64,000 nt of DNA from an uncultured Gemmatimonadales bacterium (lineage in GTDB: Bacteria > Gemmatimonadota > Gemmatimonadetes > Gemmatimonadales > GWC2-71-9): contig CAVSLV010000001.1 in the NCBI GenBank assembly GCA_963728915.1, forward strand, positions 1,376,001 to 1,440,000, written 5' to 3'. The notes beneath the pieces are model-generated. The model was not told the DNA's origin and searched no databases. It saw nothing but the letters and a program-made list of their open reading frames with translations. The translations under genes and the position numbers were made by a program. Below, one piece after another: positions 28,453 to 39,139 of the stretch (position 1 is its first letter; every line of letters begins with the position of its first letter).

Positions 28453-28896
28453 TTACTTGATCGTCACCTTCGTCTTCGCCGCCGGTTGGGCTTTGGGCAG
28501 CTTCACGGTGAGAATCCCGTCGGCATAGGAGGCTTCGATCTTGTCCTCCTGAACCGCGGCGGGGAGACGGATGGTCCGGAGGAACCGGCCCTCCTGGCGC
28601 TCCTGCCAGATGTAATCCTCGCCCTTCTCTTCCTTGCGCAGCTCCCGCTTCCCGGACAGGGTGAGCAGGGTGCGGTCCAGATCCACGTCGAAGTCATCCC
28701 GCGCCATCCCTGGGGCTTCGAGCCGGATGACGTACTCCTTCTCCGTCTCGGAGAAGTCCAGCGTCGGCTCCCACATGGTCTCCATCGTCTTGGGAGTCGT
28801 GACGGGCCAGAAGTTCGGTTCGAAGAACCGCTCGAAAACGCGGTCCAAGTCCTGTCTCATGGTCCCGAAGGTGGGTGTGGCTCGCATGATTTTCAT
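28453..28896 (-). CDS. Hsp20/alpha-crystallin small heat-shock protein
   Basis: EAPGM..DD, ER..GRFLRTIRLP and ASYADGILTVKLPK motifs; SD GGAGG upstream. Confidence 0.93.
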   Translation of the reverse strand: MKIMRATPTFGTMRQDLDRVFERFFEPNFWPVTTPKTMETMWEPTLDFSETEKEYVIRLEAPGMARDDFDVDLDRTLLTLSGKRELRKEEKGEDYIWQERQEGRFLRTIRLPAAVQEDKIEASYADGILTVKLPKAQPAAKTKVTIK

Positions 28897-28970
28897 GGTG
28901 TCCTCCTTTGGCGCAGCGCGCCGGTGCAAACCTCTACTGGTTCAGCGCAGGGAATTTCGCCGATGGGGGG

Positions 28971-28997
28971 GTAAGACAGGATGAAACCTCTCTGAAA
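28971..28997 (-). promoter_or_regulatory. Putative OmpR-type regulator box upstream of hsp20
   Basis: GTAAG at 28971, TGAAA at 28982 and TGAAA at 28993; 11-bp period. Confidence 0.5.
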
Positions 28998-29003
28998 AGA
29001 CGA

Positions 29004-31505
29004 TTATCGGGAGTCGGCCCAGACTGCGGGAAGGACGCGCTTGGCCGCCTCGGAGGCGACGACCAGGAGAAAGGCCAACCCGACCAGCCCGCCAACCACC
29101 GGGAGCGAGAGAGTGGAGAACCCGAAGAAGGCGGGGGTCGGGAGCACTGCCATCCCGACGGCGATGCCGGCGATGGCGATACTGCTCGCGAGGAGCGGAC
29201 CGGAGGGCCCGCTCCGGAAAAAGGGCCGCCGGGTCCTTATGACGAGCAGGACCAGCACCTCGGTGAGCAACGATTCCACGAACCAGCCGGTGCGGAACTG
29301 GGCCAGGGGAACCGCCATCAGCAGGAGAAAGCCGAACGTCAGGTAGTCGAAGAGCGAGCTGCTGATCCCGAAGACCAGCATGAAGTTCCGGATCGCCCGC
29401 AGGTCCCAGCGGCGCGGCCGGGCAACCAGCTCCGGATCCACCCGATCGGTGGCGATGGCCATGGCGGGGAGATCACTCAGCAGGTTGAGCAGGAGAATCT
29501 GCTTGGGGAGCATCGGCAGAAAGGGGACCAGGAGCGATGCCCCGGCCATGGTGAACATGTTGCCGAAGCTCGCGCTGGTGGTGATGAAGATGTACTTGAG
29601 GGTGTTGGCGAAGGCCCGGCGTCCTTCCCGCACCCCCTCCGCGATCACCTCGAGATCCTTGCGAAGCAGCACGATGGAGGCGGCTTCCTTGGTCACATCC
29701 ACCGCGGTGTCCACCGAGATGCCGACGTCCGCAGCGTGGAGCGCCGCGGCATCGTTGATCCCGTCGCCCAGAAAACCGACCGAAATCCCGCCCGCCTTGA
29801 GCGCCCGCACAATCCGGACTTTCTGGTTGGGATCGATCTCGGCAAAGACCTCGGTGTCCTTGACCCGGCGACGAAGGGCCTCTTCCGTCATCCCGCGAAG
29901 GTCCCCCCCGGTCACCACCTGCTCGGCCTTCAGTCCCGACTCCCGAGCCACCGCCATGGCGACGCCGACGTTATCCCCGGTTACCATCTTGAGCTCGATT
30001 CCGAGGTCGCGGAGACGGCCGAGCGTTTCGCGGATTCCAGGCTTGGGCGGATCCCTGAACACCAGAATGCCCTGGAAGGTCAGGCCGGCTTCGTCGTCCC
30101 GTTTGGCTTCCGAGGCGCCCGGCAGCGCCCGGCGGGCCACCGCCATGCACCGAAGGCCCCGTCCGCCCAGATCCGCGACTCGGTGCCGGACCACCGACTG
30201 CGCCTCCGGCTCCAGGGTGCTCACCGCCAGCACTTCCTCCACCGCTCCCTTGGTGATGAGCTCGGTTTGGCCATGGTCGTCCACCAGCACGCTCAACCGC
30301 CGTCGCTCGAAATCGTAGGGGATCTCGTCCAGCTTGCGAATGCCGGTCAGATCCAGCGGCTGGCCGCGCAGGGCCCGATCCAGAGGATTCTCATATCCGG
30401 CCTGAAGGGCAGCGTTGAGACAACCCAGCCGGCGAACCGGATCCGAGGGGTTCCCTTCCGGATCAAACGCCGCATGAAACTGGACCGCACCGAGGGTCAG
30501 CGTTCCCGTCTTGTCGGTGCATAACACGGACATCCCCCCGAAGTCCTGGATCGCGACCAGCCGTCGTACCACTACCTGCCGGCGCGCCATGCGCCGGGCA
30601 CCATAGGAGAGTGTCACCGAAACGATGGCGGGCAGGAGCTGGGGGGTGAGCCCGACCGCGAGCGCCAGCGTGAACAGGAAGGTGTCGAGCCAGGGGCGTC
30701 GAAGGGCCACGTTCAAGGCGAAGATCACCAGCACGAGCAGGATGGTGACCTGGAGCAGGAAGACGCCGAACCGCCGCACCCCCCGCTCGAACTCGGATTC
30801 GGGGGGTCGGCGGGCCAGCTCGCTCGCGAGGGTCCCGTATTGGGTCCTGGGCCCGGTGACCACGACCAGCGCCAGCCCGGTGCCCGCCACGACATGCGAT
30901 CCGAGGAACAGGGCACTGCTCCGGGCACCGAGCGGCGAATCGGCCGGAACCGGTTCCACTCCTTTCGAAGCCGGGAACGACTCCCCGGTGAGGGCGGATT
31001 CATCCACGGCAAGGTCCCTGGCTTCGAGAAGCCGGCAATCCGCAGGCACCAGGTCACCGGCGTTGAGGGCGATCAGGTCCCCCGCCACCAGGGAAGCCGT
31101 GGGAATGTCCCGTTCGGCCTGGTCGCGACGAACCGTTGCGGTCACCCGGATGAGCGCCAGGAGCTCCCGCACCGCGCGCGAGGCAGTCCGTTCCTGCCAG
31201 AACCCGAGCCATCCGCTTCCCAGCAGGATCGCCAGGATGATGACCGCGTCGGTCCCTTCTCCCACCAAGCCCGAGAGGGTCGCGGCGATGAAGAGCAGGA
31301 CCGCGATCGGGCTCCCGAATTGGCGCAGGAACAGCCGGAAGGCGCCCTCGATTCTCGGAGGACGCAACAGGTTGGGTCCGTCCCGCTCGAGGCGCAGCCC
31401 GGCCTCCGTCTCGCTCAACCCGGATCTCGAGGAGCCGAGACTGGCCAGCAAGTCGTTGGCATCCCGGCTCCAGAACGGGAGCGGAACGCTCGGGGATTTG
31501 GGCAT
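29004..31505 (-). CDS. mgtA: Magnesium-translocating P-type ATPase
   Basis: LTGES, AVGLTPQLLP, DKTGTLT, GDGIND, KYIFIT.S.SFGN and FRTGWFVESL motifs. Confidence 0.88.
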   Translation of the reverse strand: MPKSPSVPLPFWSRDANDLLASLGSSRSGLSETEAGLRLERDGPNLLRPPRIEGAFRLFLRQFGSPIAVLLFIAATLSGLVGEGTDAVIILAILLGSGWLGFWQERTASRAVRELLALIRVTATVRRDQAERDIPTASLVAGDLIALNAGDLVPADCRLLEARDLAVDESALTGESFPASKGVEPVPADSPLGARSSALFLGSHVVAGTGLALVVVTGPRTQYGTLASELARRPPESEFERGVRRFGVFLLQVTILLVLVIFALNVALRRPWLDTFLFTLALAVGLTPQLLPAIVSVTLSYGARRMARRQVVVRRLVAIQDFGGMSVLCTDKTGTLTLGAVQFHAAFDPEGNPSDPVRRLGCLNAALQAGYENPLDRALRGQPLDLTGIRKLDEIPYDFERRRLSVLVDDHGQTELITKGAVEEVLAVSTLEPEAQSVVRHRVADLGGRGLRCMAVARRALPGASEAKRDDEAGLTFQGILVFRDPPKPGIRETLGRLRDLGIELKMVTGDNVGVAMAVARESGLKAEQVVTGGDLRGMTEEALRRRVKDTEVFAEIDPNQKVRIVRALKAGGISVGFLGDGINDAAALHAADVGISVDTAVDVTKEAASIVLLRKDLEVIAEGVREGRRAFANTLKYIFITTSASFGNMFTMAGASLLVPFLPMLPKQILLLNLLSDLPAMAIATDRVDPELVARPRRWDLRAIRNFMLVFGISSSLFDYLTFGFLLLMAVPLAQFRTGWFVESLLTEVLVLLVIRTRRPFFRSGPSGPLLASSIAIAGIAVGMAVLPTPAFFGFSTLSLPVVGGLVGLAFLLVVASEAAKRVLPAVWADSR

Positions 31506-31543
31506 CCGGGACAAATCTGGCAGGGTGCGGTCGTGGGAAGCCC

Positions 31544-31590
31544 GCAAGAATCCCTGAAGAATCGTTCAAGCGGGCTTCACGGACCTTTCT
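31544..31590. promoter_or_regulatory. Overlapping putative regulator boxes in the divergent mgtA/V-ATPase promoter
   Basis: GCAAG/TGAAG/TCAAG at 31544/31555/31566 and GTTCA/CTTCA/TTTCT at 31564/31575/31586. Confidence 0.5.
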
Positions 31591-31614
31591 TCGCGACGGC
31601 CTCAGGTTTGAGCC

Positions 31615-31971
31615 ATGCGAGCTCCAACGTCCGTTCCGCCACTTGAGACCGGGTTACGACAGGTCCTGGATCTCGAGGCGAAACTCGCCACCGATCTTGA
31701 GGCGGCCCGGGCCGAAGCGGAGGCGATCCGGAACGCCGCGAGGCAGGCCGTGGCCGAGGCCACCCGGGAAGCCGCGCAGAAGTCCGGTGCGGAGGCGGCG
31801 GAGGTCCTAACCCGCGGCGCCGAGCAGGGCGCCAGGGAGGAGGCCCGGGTCCGCGCGGACCTGGAGCGCCGGATTCAGGCGCTGGAGCGGCTCACCCCCG
31901 AGCGCATCGAGGCGATCGCCCGCGGACTCCTCCCCCTCCTGGTCCCCGCACCCTCTGGAGCGGGCCCGTGA
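31615..31971 (+). CDS. V/A-type ATP synthase subunit G/H (peripheral stalk)
   Basis: Ala/Glu/Arg coiled coil; first gene of the operon. Confidence 0.75.
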   Translation: MRAPTSVPPLETGLRQVLDLEAKLATDLEAARAEAEAIRNAARQAVAEATREAAQKSGAEAAEVLTRGAEQGAREEARVRADLERRIQALERLTPERIEAIARGLLPLLVPAPSGAGP

Positions 31972-33845
31972 TCGTTCCCATGGTCAAGGTCCGGATTCTT
32001 GGTCCCGGTGAACGCCTCGGCGAGGTGCTCCGGGTGATCCAGGATGTCGGGGTGCTGCACCTCACGCCTCAAGGCCCGGCAGGTGCCCCGGCCGCCGCTC
32101 CCGGCCCCGCGGCGCTGGCCCGACGCAAGCACCAGCTCGAGCAGGCTGCGGCGGATGCCGACGCAGCCATTGCGTTCCTGGGCGTGCGCGGGACGCGCGC
32201 GGTGGGACGAGGCGACTCGCTGCCCTTCCTGGTTCGGAGAGTTCGGGAGATCCGGCGCGCGGCCGAGCGCCTGGTGGCGCAGCGCAATACGCTGGAAGAG
32301 GAACGGGCTCTGCTCCGGCGCTATCGAGAGCTCTTCGATGCGCTGGAAAGCCTGCTCCCGGCTCGGGCCCTGGTGCCGGAGGCCAGCGCCTACCAGATCG
32401 TTCTACGGCGGGAGCAGGCCGGCACGCTCCCCGCCCTCCGGCGCGCGATCCGGGAATTGGTGGGCGAAGGCTTCGAGCTGCATCCCCGGACGCTCCCCTC
32501 TGGAGAGACGGCGATCCTGCTCCTGATTCCCAAGGCGGGATCGGAGAAGGTCGAGGGACTCCTCAAGGAATCACGGGTTCAGGAAGTCCCGGTCCCCCAC
32601 GGATACGGCGACACCCTGGAGGAGGCGCTGCCCCGGATCCGGGCTCGAAACGACGCGATTCCGGAAGAGCTGGATCGCATCGCTCAGAAACTTGCGGAAA
32701 CCGGGAATGAGTACCGGGACCTGCTGCTCCACGGGAGCGCGGTCTTCCACGATGAGCTGGCCCGACTTACGGCGCTGCCGCTCCTCTGCACGACCACCCA
32801 CGCGTTCGTGCTGGAAGGCTGGACACCGGAAGCGGCCGAGCCCAGGCTCGCCGTGGCGCTCGAGGGCGGGTTCGCGGGACAGGTGGTCATCGAGCGGGTG
32901 CAACGGGAGGAATGGCGGGGAGAAGACGCCCCCGTGGTGCTCGCGAATCCCCGGCTGTTCCGTCCGTTCGAGCTGATCACCCGCACCCTGCCCCTTCCTC
33001 GCTACGGGAGCCTCGATCCCACCCCGTTCGTGGCGGTGTTCTTTCCGATGCTCTTCGGCCTCATGCTGGGAGACGCCGGCTACGGCGCCGCGGCCGCGCT
33101 GCTGGCCCTGGTGCTCCATCGCCGCTCCCTCCCCGGCACGGTGCTGCGCTCCATTGCGGAGATGCTGGGCGCTTGCGCTCTCTTCGCGATCCTGTTCGGC
33201 CTCGCCTTCGGGGAGATCTTCGGCGATCTGGGCCGGCGATGGTTCGGCCTGGGGCCGCTGCTCTTCGACCGCGAAGCCGCTCTGGTGCCGTTTCTGGGTC
33301 TGGCGATCGCGCTCGGCATCGTGCACATCGTCGTCGGTCTCGCTGCCGGTGCGATCAGCCGGCGGCGCACCGAGCCGCGCAAAGCCGCCGGCAAGGGGCT
33401 CTCGGCGATCATGATCTTGCTGATCGTGGTCGCGCTCCTCGGGGCAGTGCGCATCCTGCCCCGCGGGTTCGTAACCCCCGCCGTGGTCGCCATCCTCGTC
33501 GCGTTTCCCCTGCTGATCTTCCTGGAGGGGATCGTGGCCCCGGTCGAGCTCATGTCCGATCTGGGCCACATCCTCTCCTACGCCCGTATCATGGCCCTCG
33601 GCACCGCCTCGGTGATGCTCGCCCTGGTGGCCAACCAGCTCGCCGGCGCGATGGGTGGAGTGGTGGTCGGTGTGCTGTTCGGATTGCTTTTCCATCTGGT
33701 GAATTTCGCGCTGGGGCTGTTCAGCCCCGCGATCCACGCGTTGCGCCTCCACTACGTGGAGTTCTTCGGAACCTTCTACAGCCCCGGTGGGGTGCGGTAT
33801 GAACCGCTCGCCCGCTGGGCACCGACCGCGGGGAAGCCCGCCTGA
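31968..33845 (+). CDS. V/A-type ATP synthase subunit I
   Basis: DPTPF..VFFP.LFGLMLGDAGYG, LSYARIMALG and LRLHYVEFF motifs. Confidence 0.95.
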   Translation: MIVPMVKVRILGPGERLGEVLRVIQDVGVLHLTPQGPAGAPAAAPGPAALARRKHQLEQAAADADAAIAFLGVRGTRAVGRGDSLPFLVRRVREIRRAAERLVAQRNTLEEERALLRRYRELFDALESLLPARALVPEASAYQIVLRREQAGTLPALRRAIRELVGEGFELHPRTLPSGETAILLLIPKAGSEKVEGLLKESRVQEVPVPHGYGDTLEEALPRIRARNDAIPEELDRIAQKLAETGNEYRDLLLHGSAVFHDELARLTALPLLCTTTHAFVLEGWTPEAAEPRLAVALEGGFAGQVVIERVQREEWRGEDAPVVLANPRLFRPFELITRTLPLPRYGSLDPTPFVAVFFPMLFGLMLGDAGYGAAAALLALVLHRRSLPGTVLRSIAEMLGACALFAILFGLAFGEIFGDLGRRWFGLGPLLFDREAALVPFLGLAIALGIVHIVVGLAAGAISRRRTEPRKAAGKGLSAIMILLIVVALLGAVRILPRGFVTPAVVAILVAFPLLIFLEGIVAPVELMSDLGHILSYARIMALGTASVMLALVANQLAGAMGGVVVGVLFGLLFHLVNFALGLFSPAIHALRLHYVEFFGTFYSPGGVRYEPLARWAPTAGKPA

Positions 33846-33861
33846 CCTCTAGGAGCACGGC

Positions 33862-34080
33862 ATGACCATCCTCTGGATTCCACTCAGCGCCGCGCTGGCC
33901 ATCGGGCTCGCCGCGCTGGCCACTTCCTGGGCCCAGTCCAAGCTGGGACCCGCCCTCGCGGCGAGCCTCGCGGAGAAGCCGGAGCTCGCCACGACCGCGG
34001 TCATTCTGATGGCCATCCCGGAAACGGTGGTCATTCTCGGTTTCGTGATCGCGGTCACGATCCTGCTCCGGGGAGGCTGA
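33862..34080 (+). CDS. V/A-type ATP synthase subunit K/c (single hairpin)
   Basis: AQ..LG...AEKPE...PETVVILG with the ion-binding Glu. Confidence 0.92.
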   Translation: MTILWIPLSAALAIGLAALATSWAQSKLGPALAASLAEKPELATTAVILMAIPETVVILGFVIAVTILLRGG

Positions 34081-34087
34081 CCTCTCC

Positions 34088-34669
34088 GTGCCGCTCGATC
34101 AACTCCTAACCCGGATGCGACAGGAGAACGCCGAGCAGATTGCCGCCGTTCTCGCCGAGGCGAACGCCGACGCCGACCGCACCCGGGAAGCCGGGGAAAC
34201 CGCGCGCCTCTGGGAGCGCTCTCGCCGGACCGCTGAGCTGGAAGAGCGGCTCCGGATCGAGCTGGCCGCGAGGATCGAAGCGTTGCAGCGGGAGGGGTTC
34301 CACCTCCTGCTCTCGGCCCGGCAGCGTGCGGTCGAACGGGTCCTGGATCGGGTGCGGCAGCTCATGCCCGAGCTGGAACGCGATCCGGCATTCCTGGGCC
34401 GTATGGAAGCGGAGCTCCGCGACGCGTTCACCATCCTGAATGGCCGCAGCACGAAGCTCTGCCTTTCCCCGGCCTTTCATGAGTATCTCGCAGACCGGAT
34501 CCCGCCCGGCGTGGAGGTCCGCTCCGAGCCCGGAGCATCGGGCTTTCGTCTTGCCGGGGAGAACGGTCGGGTGGAGATCATCGGGACGGCGTCGGAGCGA
34601 GTCGAGCGGGCGACCCCGGTCCTCCGGATCGCGGCGCTCCGGGCTCTGGAAAGTGCCGGTTCCCCGTGA
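34088..34669 (+). CDS. V/A-type ATP synthase subunit E
   Basis: N-terminal coiled coil, C-terminal GFRL...GRVEI; operon position. Confidence 0.8.
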   Translation: MPLDQLLTRMRQENAEQIAAVLAEANADADRTREAGETARLWERSRRTAELEERLRIELAARIEALQREGFHLLLSARQRAVERVLDRVRQLMPELERDPAFLGRMEAELRDAFTILNGRSTKLCLSPAFHEYLADRIPPGVEVRSEPGASGFRLAGENGRVEIIGTASERVERATPVLRIAALRALESAGSP

Positions 34670-35673
34670 GCTGGGAAGACCTTTCCGCGCGGGCGAAAGG
34701 ACTCGGCACCCACCTGGTGCCCGATCCGGTCCTCGAAGAGCTCTCGAGGGCGTCGGACCTGGCGGCGCTGGCGGCGCGTCTCGCAGACCTTGGATTCCCG
34801 GTCGCGCCCGAGGGGAATATCACGGCAGGCGAGCTCGAGTTGGCGGCCCGGCGGGAAGCGGCGCGGCGACTCCGGATCCTGGGGCGATGGCTGGGGGACC
34901 GGGCCGCCACCCTCGCGGTTTTCTTCGACGATGAGGATCACCGGAGCATCCGGGCCCTGATCCGGGGAGCCATGGCGGGAACGCCCCGCGAGGCGAGGTT
35001 GAGCGGGTTAATCCCCACTCCCACATTGCCGGAGCGCGCCCTGGAGGAGCTGGCCGGCCAGGCGACCCCGGCCGAAATCGCCGCGCACCTCCTGGTGTGG
35101 GACCATCCCTTCGGGGGCCCGCTGCTCCCGGTCAGCGGCGGAGAACCGCCGGAGCTGGCCCGGATGGAGCTGGCCCTGTACCACGCCTTCGGGGAACGGG
35201 CCCGAGCCGGGGCACGCCGGGGCGGACGGGTGCTCCGGGAATTTGTCGCGGAAACCATCGATCTCCTCAACCTCGAGGCCGGCTTGCTGCTGGCGGGAGG
35301 CGGCCAGGAGATCCCAATAGACGATGGATTCCTGGGAGGAGGCCGGGTCCTGACCCGGGAGGCGTTCGGTCGCGCCGCCGGCAGCGCGGATCGCGGGGTC
35401 GCCTGGCGGGTTATGGGAGGGCTGTTCCGGGCGACGGCGCTGGGAGCGGTGTTCCGAGCCTCCGAACCACCCGTGCGATTCGAAGGCGCCCTGCTCCGGT
35501 TGCGGATCGGCGCTTGGCACCGCAAGGGCCGTCTCGCGCCTCAGAGCGGCGCCGGAGTCATCGAATACCTGCTCCGGCTTCGGCTTCAGGTGCTGGCGAT
35601 TCGGGAGGTCCTCTGGGGAGTCGAGCTGGGCGTGCCACTTGATCTGCGAGCCGCGGTTGGGCCGAGTCGCTGA
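34666..35673 (+). CDS. V/A-type ATP synthase subunit C/d
   Basis: ARAKGL...L N-terminus and IDLLNL motif; operon position. Confidence 0.82.
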   Translation: MSWEDLSARAKGLGTHLVPDPVLEELSRASDLAALAARLADLGFPVAPEGNITAGELELAARREAARRLRILGRWLGDRAATLAVFFDDEDHRSIRALIRGAMAGTPREARLSGLIPTPTLPERALEELAGQATPAEIAAHLLVWDHPFGGPLLPVSGGEPPELARMELALYHAFGERARAGARRGGRVLREFVAETIDLLNLEAGLLLAGGGQEIPIDDGFLGGGRVLTREAFGRAAGSADRGVAWRVMGGLFRATALGAVFRASEPPVRFEGALLRLRIGAWHRKGRLAPQSGAGVIEYLLRLRLQVLAIREVLWGVELGVPLDLRAAVGPSR

Positions 35674-35674
35674 G

Positions 35675-36001
35675 ATGAGCTTGCGAGTTCAGGTCCTCTG
35701 CGCTCCCGCGGTGGCGGCCGGGTTCCGTCTCGCCGGGTTCACGCCGATCGAGGTCACCGATCCGGCCGGCGGAATGCCGGAGGTTCGAGCCGCGCTCCGC
35801 CGTCCGGACCTGGGTGTGCTGCTGGTGGAAGCGCCGATCTATGAGGCGCTGGGTGAGGTCGACCGCCGGGCGATCAGCCGGCATCCGCTCCCGATGGTGG
35901 TTCCCTTCCCCGGCCCGAGCTGGGCCGAGGCGGTTCCACCCGAAGAGTTCATCGCCGATCTGCTGCGCCAGGCGATCGGGTATCGAGTGCGGCTGGCATG
36001 A
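35675..36001 (+). CDS. V/A-type ATP synthase subunit F
   Basis: AAGFRLAGF...RQAIGYRV. Confidence 0.9.
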   Translation: MSLRVQVLCAPAVAAGFRLAGFTPIEVTDPAGGMPEVRAALRRPDLGVLLVEAPIYEALGEVDRRAISRHPLPMVVPFPGPSWAEAVPPEEFIADLLRQAIGYRVRLA

Positions 36002-37746
36002 CGACTCCCCGCATCATCCGGATCAGCGGCGCCCTGGCCGAGGCTTCTCCCATGCAGGACGCCGGTCTCTACCAGCTCGCGGCGGTGGGAGAGCGGCACC
36101 TGCTTGGCGAGATCGTCCGGGTCGAGGGAGACCGGGCAACCCTGCAGGTCTATGAGGACACGATCGGCCTCGCGACCGGCGAGGCGGTGGTCCCCACCGG
36201 CAGCGCCCTGACGGCTTCGCTGGGGCCCGGGCTGCTGGGATCCATTCTCGATGGCCTGGGGCGACCGCTCAACCGGATCGCCGAGCGGCATGGACCATTC
36301 ATCGGTCCAGGTACTCAGGCACCGACACTGGATCCGGCCGCCACCTGGAATTTCCGCGCCTCCATGAAGCCGGGCGATGCGGTTCAGGGGGGAGACATCC
36401 TCGGGACGGTGCTCGAGCGCGGCCGCACCGAGCACCGGATCATGGTACCGCCCGGTGTTGCGGGTCTCATCGAGACGATCGAATCGGGCAACTACTCGGT
36501 GGCCGATCCGGTCGGCCGGCTCAAGGACGGAACGCCGCTCGGACTTTCCCATGCATGGCCGGTCCGGATGCCAAGACCCATTGGGGAGAGGCTCCGGGAT
36601 AGCCAGCCCTTTGTGACGGGACAACGAGTGCTGGACTTTCTCTTTCCGGCTGCCCAAGGAGCAACCGTGGCGATCCCCGGAGGGTTCGGGACCGGAAAGA
36701 CCATCATCGAGCACTCTCTCGCCAAGTATGCCGAAGCCGACATCGTCGTGTACGTCGGCTGCGGAGAGCGGGGAAACGAGATGGCCGAGGTGCTCCACGA
36801 CTTCCCGGCGCTCATCGACGGAAGGACCGGCCGCTCCATCATGGATCGCACCGTCATGGTGGTGAATACCTCCAACATGCCGGTGGCCGCTCGCGAAGCC
36901 TCGGTGTACCTGGGAGTCACGATCGCCGAGTACTACCGGGACATGGGATATCATGTGGCGCTGCTGGTGGACAGCCTGTCCCGCTGGGCGGAGGCGTTGC
37001 GCGAGCTGGGAGGCCGGCTCGCGGAAATGCCCGGTGAGGAAGGCTACCCCACCTACCTCGCGAGCCGGATGGGGCAGTTCTACGAGCGGGCGGGCCGGGT
37101 CAGGGCACTGGGGAACACCGAACGGGAAGGCTCCGTCACCATCATTGCGGCGGTATCTCCTCCCGGGGGCGATCTCTCCGAGCCGGTCACCCAGGCGACC
37201 CTGCGGGTGGCCGGGACCCTCTGGGCGCTCGATGCCACGCTGGCGCATCAGCGCCAGTTCCCCGCGGTGGACTGGGGCACCAGCTACTCGCTGCATGCCG
37301 GCGATCTGATCCCCCGGCTCGCGGAAGCAACCGGCCCGGACTGGGGCTCTTTGCGCAGCGAGGCGATGAGCCTGCTGCAGCAGGGGCGCAATCTGCGGGA
37401 GATCGCCGGGTTGGTGGGACCGGAGGCGCTACAGGATCAGGATCGCCTGGTGCTGGAGATCGCCCGGACACTGCAGGAGGTTCTGCTCGGCCAGAGCGCC
37501 TTCGATCCCCACGACGCCCGCTCTCCGCTTCTCAAGACCTATCGAGTGGCCAGCCTGGTCCTGGCGGCCTTCCGGGCGGGATGCGCCGCGCTGGGCCGGG
37601 GTGCGCGGTTCGATCAGGTGGACCTGGCCGGCGTCCGTCGCGGGTTAGGGGAGCTCCTCCGCGTCGCTCCGGAGGAGTTCGATGCCTCGGCGGGACGGCT
37701 CGAGAAACAGATCGGACGGCTGGCAGGCGCGGAGCCCGGGGCATGA
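35998..37746 (+). CDS. V/A-type ATP synthase subunit A
   Basis: GGFGTGKT Walker A, GCGERGNEM and EMPGEEGYPTYL motifs. Confidence 0.97.
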   Translation: MTTPRIIRISGALAEASPMQDAGLYQLAAVGERHLLGEIVRVEGDRATLQVYEDTIGLATGEAVVPTGSALTASLGPGLLGSILDGLGRPLNRIAERHGPFIGPGTQAPTLDPAATWNFRASMKPGDAVQGGDILGTVLERGRTEHRIMVPPGVAGLIETIESGNYSVADPVGRLKDGTPLGLSHAWPVRMPRPIGERLRDSQPFVTGQRVLDFLFPAAQGATVAIPGGFGTGKTIIEHSLAKYAEADIVVYVGCGERGNEMAEVLHDFPALIDGRTGRSIMDRTVMVVNTSNMPVAAREASVYLGVTIAEYYRDMGYHVALLVDSLSRWAEALRELGGRLAEMPGEEGYPTYLASRMGQFYERAGRVRALGNTEREGSVTIIAAVSPPGGDLSEPVTQATLRVAGTLWALDATLAHQRQFPAVDWGTSYSLHAGDLIPRLAEATGPDWGSLRSEAMSLLQQGRNLREIAGLVGPEALQDQDRLVLEIARTLQEVLLGQSAFDPHDARSPLLKTYRVASLVLAAFRAGCAALGRGARFDQVDLAGVRRGLGELLRVAPEEFDASAGRLEKQIGRLAGAEPGA

Positions 37747-39139
37747 TTTCGCTCACCCGGCAATACCGAGCCGCCGAGGCAGCGGCCGGCCCGCTGGTCT
37801 TCCTTACGGGGGCCCACCGGGTGGCCCTGGGCGAATGGGTGACGCTGGACACCATCGGACTCCCGAGCCGGCGGGGACAGGTCATCGAGGCCGGGGATGA
37901 CCTGACTGTCATCCAGGTCCTCGACGAAACGCTGGGCCTCGCGCCGCGGGGCCACCCGGGTGACACTCACCGGCAGTATCGCGATGGCGACGGTCGGCCG
38001 CGAGCTGCTGGGCCGGACCTGCGACGGGCTGGGGCGGCCGCTCGACGGCCTCCCCGAGCCGATCGGGGAGGACCGGGTGGCGATCGCCGGTGCCCCGATG
38101 AATCCCGCCGTCCGGGCCAAACCGAGCGACTTCATCGAAACCGGCATTTCGGCGATTGACGGGCTGAATACCCTGGTGCGAGGCCAGAAACTGCCGGTGT
38201 TCTCCGGGCCGGGCCTTCCCGGGCTCGAGCTTGCGGCGCAAATCGTCGCAGGAGCGCGCCCTCCCCGAGGAGAACCGTTCGCGGTGATCTTCGTCGGGAT
38301 GGGCATCACGGCGCGGGAACGCCAGGAATTCGTGGAGCGAATTCGCGAGGCGGGAGCCCTTCCCCGCACCGTGCTGTACCTCAACGAAACCCGGGATCCC
38401 GGCATCGAGCGGCTGTTCGCCCCACGTATGGCGCTGGCCGAGGCGGAGTTCCTGGCATTCGAGGCAGGGTTCCACGTGCTCGTGGTGATGGCGGACCTCA
38501 CCAACTACTGCGAGACCCTTCGGGAGCTCGCGACCGCCCGGCAGGAGATTCCCGGGTCGGCGGGGGTATCCCGGCTACCTATATACGGACCTCGCCTCCC
38601 TGCTCGAGCGGGCCGGGGTCCTGGAAGGAAAGCCGGGCTCGGTGACCCAGGTGCCGATCCTCACCATGCCGGATGACGACATCACCCATCCGATTCCCGA
38701 CCTCACCGGGTACATCACCGAAGGACAGATCGTCCTGAATCGCGACCTCTTCCGGCAGGGCATCACCCCGCCGATCGACGTCCTGCCTTCGCTCTCCCGT
38801 CTCATGAATGCCGGGATCGGTCCCCAGCGGACCGTGCCGGAACACCGGGCCTGGGCCAACCAGCTGTATGCGAGCTACGCCCGGGGTCGTGAGACCCGCC
38901 TCATGGCGGCGATCGTGGGGGAGGCCGGCCTGGGTGAGTCGGACCGCCGGGCGCTTCACTTTGCCGCGCGGTTCGAGCAGGAGTTTCTCCATCAGAGCGA
39001 GCGTCGCTCCCTCGAACAGACGCTCGAAGCGGGGTGGCTGCTGCTGGACGAGCTGCCGCCGGGCGACCTGGTGAGACTGCCGGACCAGGTGGTGCGAGAA
39101 CGACGCGCGGCTCTGGCCGCCCGGGAGCAGGTCCGGTGA
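37743..39139 (+). CDS. V/A-type ATP synthase subunit B, split by two +1 frameshifts (~37948 and ~38555)
   Basis: [36 protein letters not shown] and [19 protein letters not shown] across three frames; both shifts are in G runs. Confidence 0.9.

Noticed and set aside
33862..34080. Q...ET signature in the c subunit as proof of Na+ coupling
   Set aside because: The H+-coupled T. thermophilus subunit has a similar motif, so the ion cannot be assigned from sequence
37940..38560. Programmed frameshifting in V-ATPase subunit B
   Set aside because: No slippery heptamer or stimulatory structure is evident, and many similar indels nearby point to error
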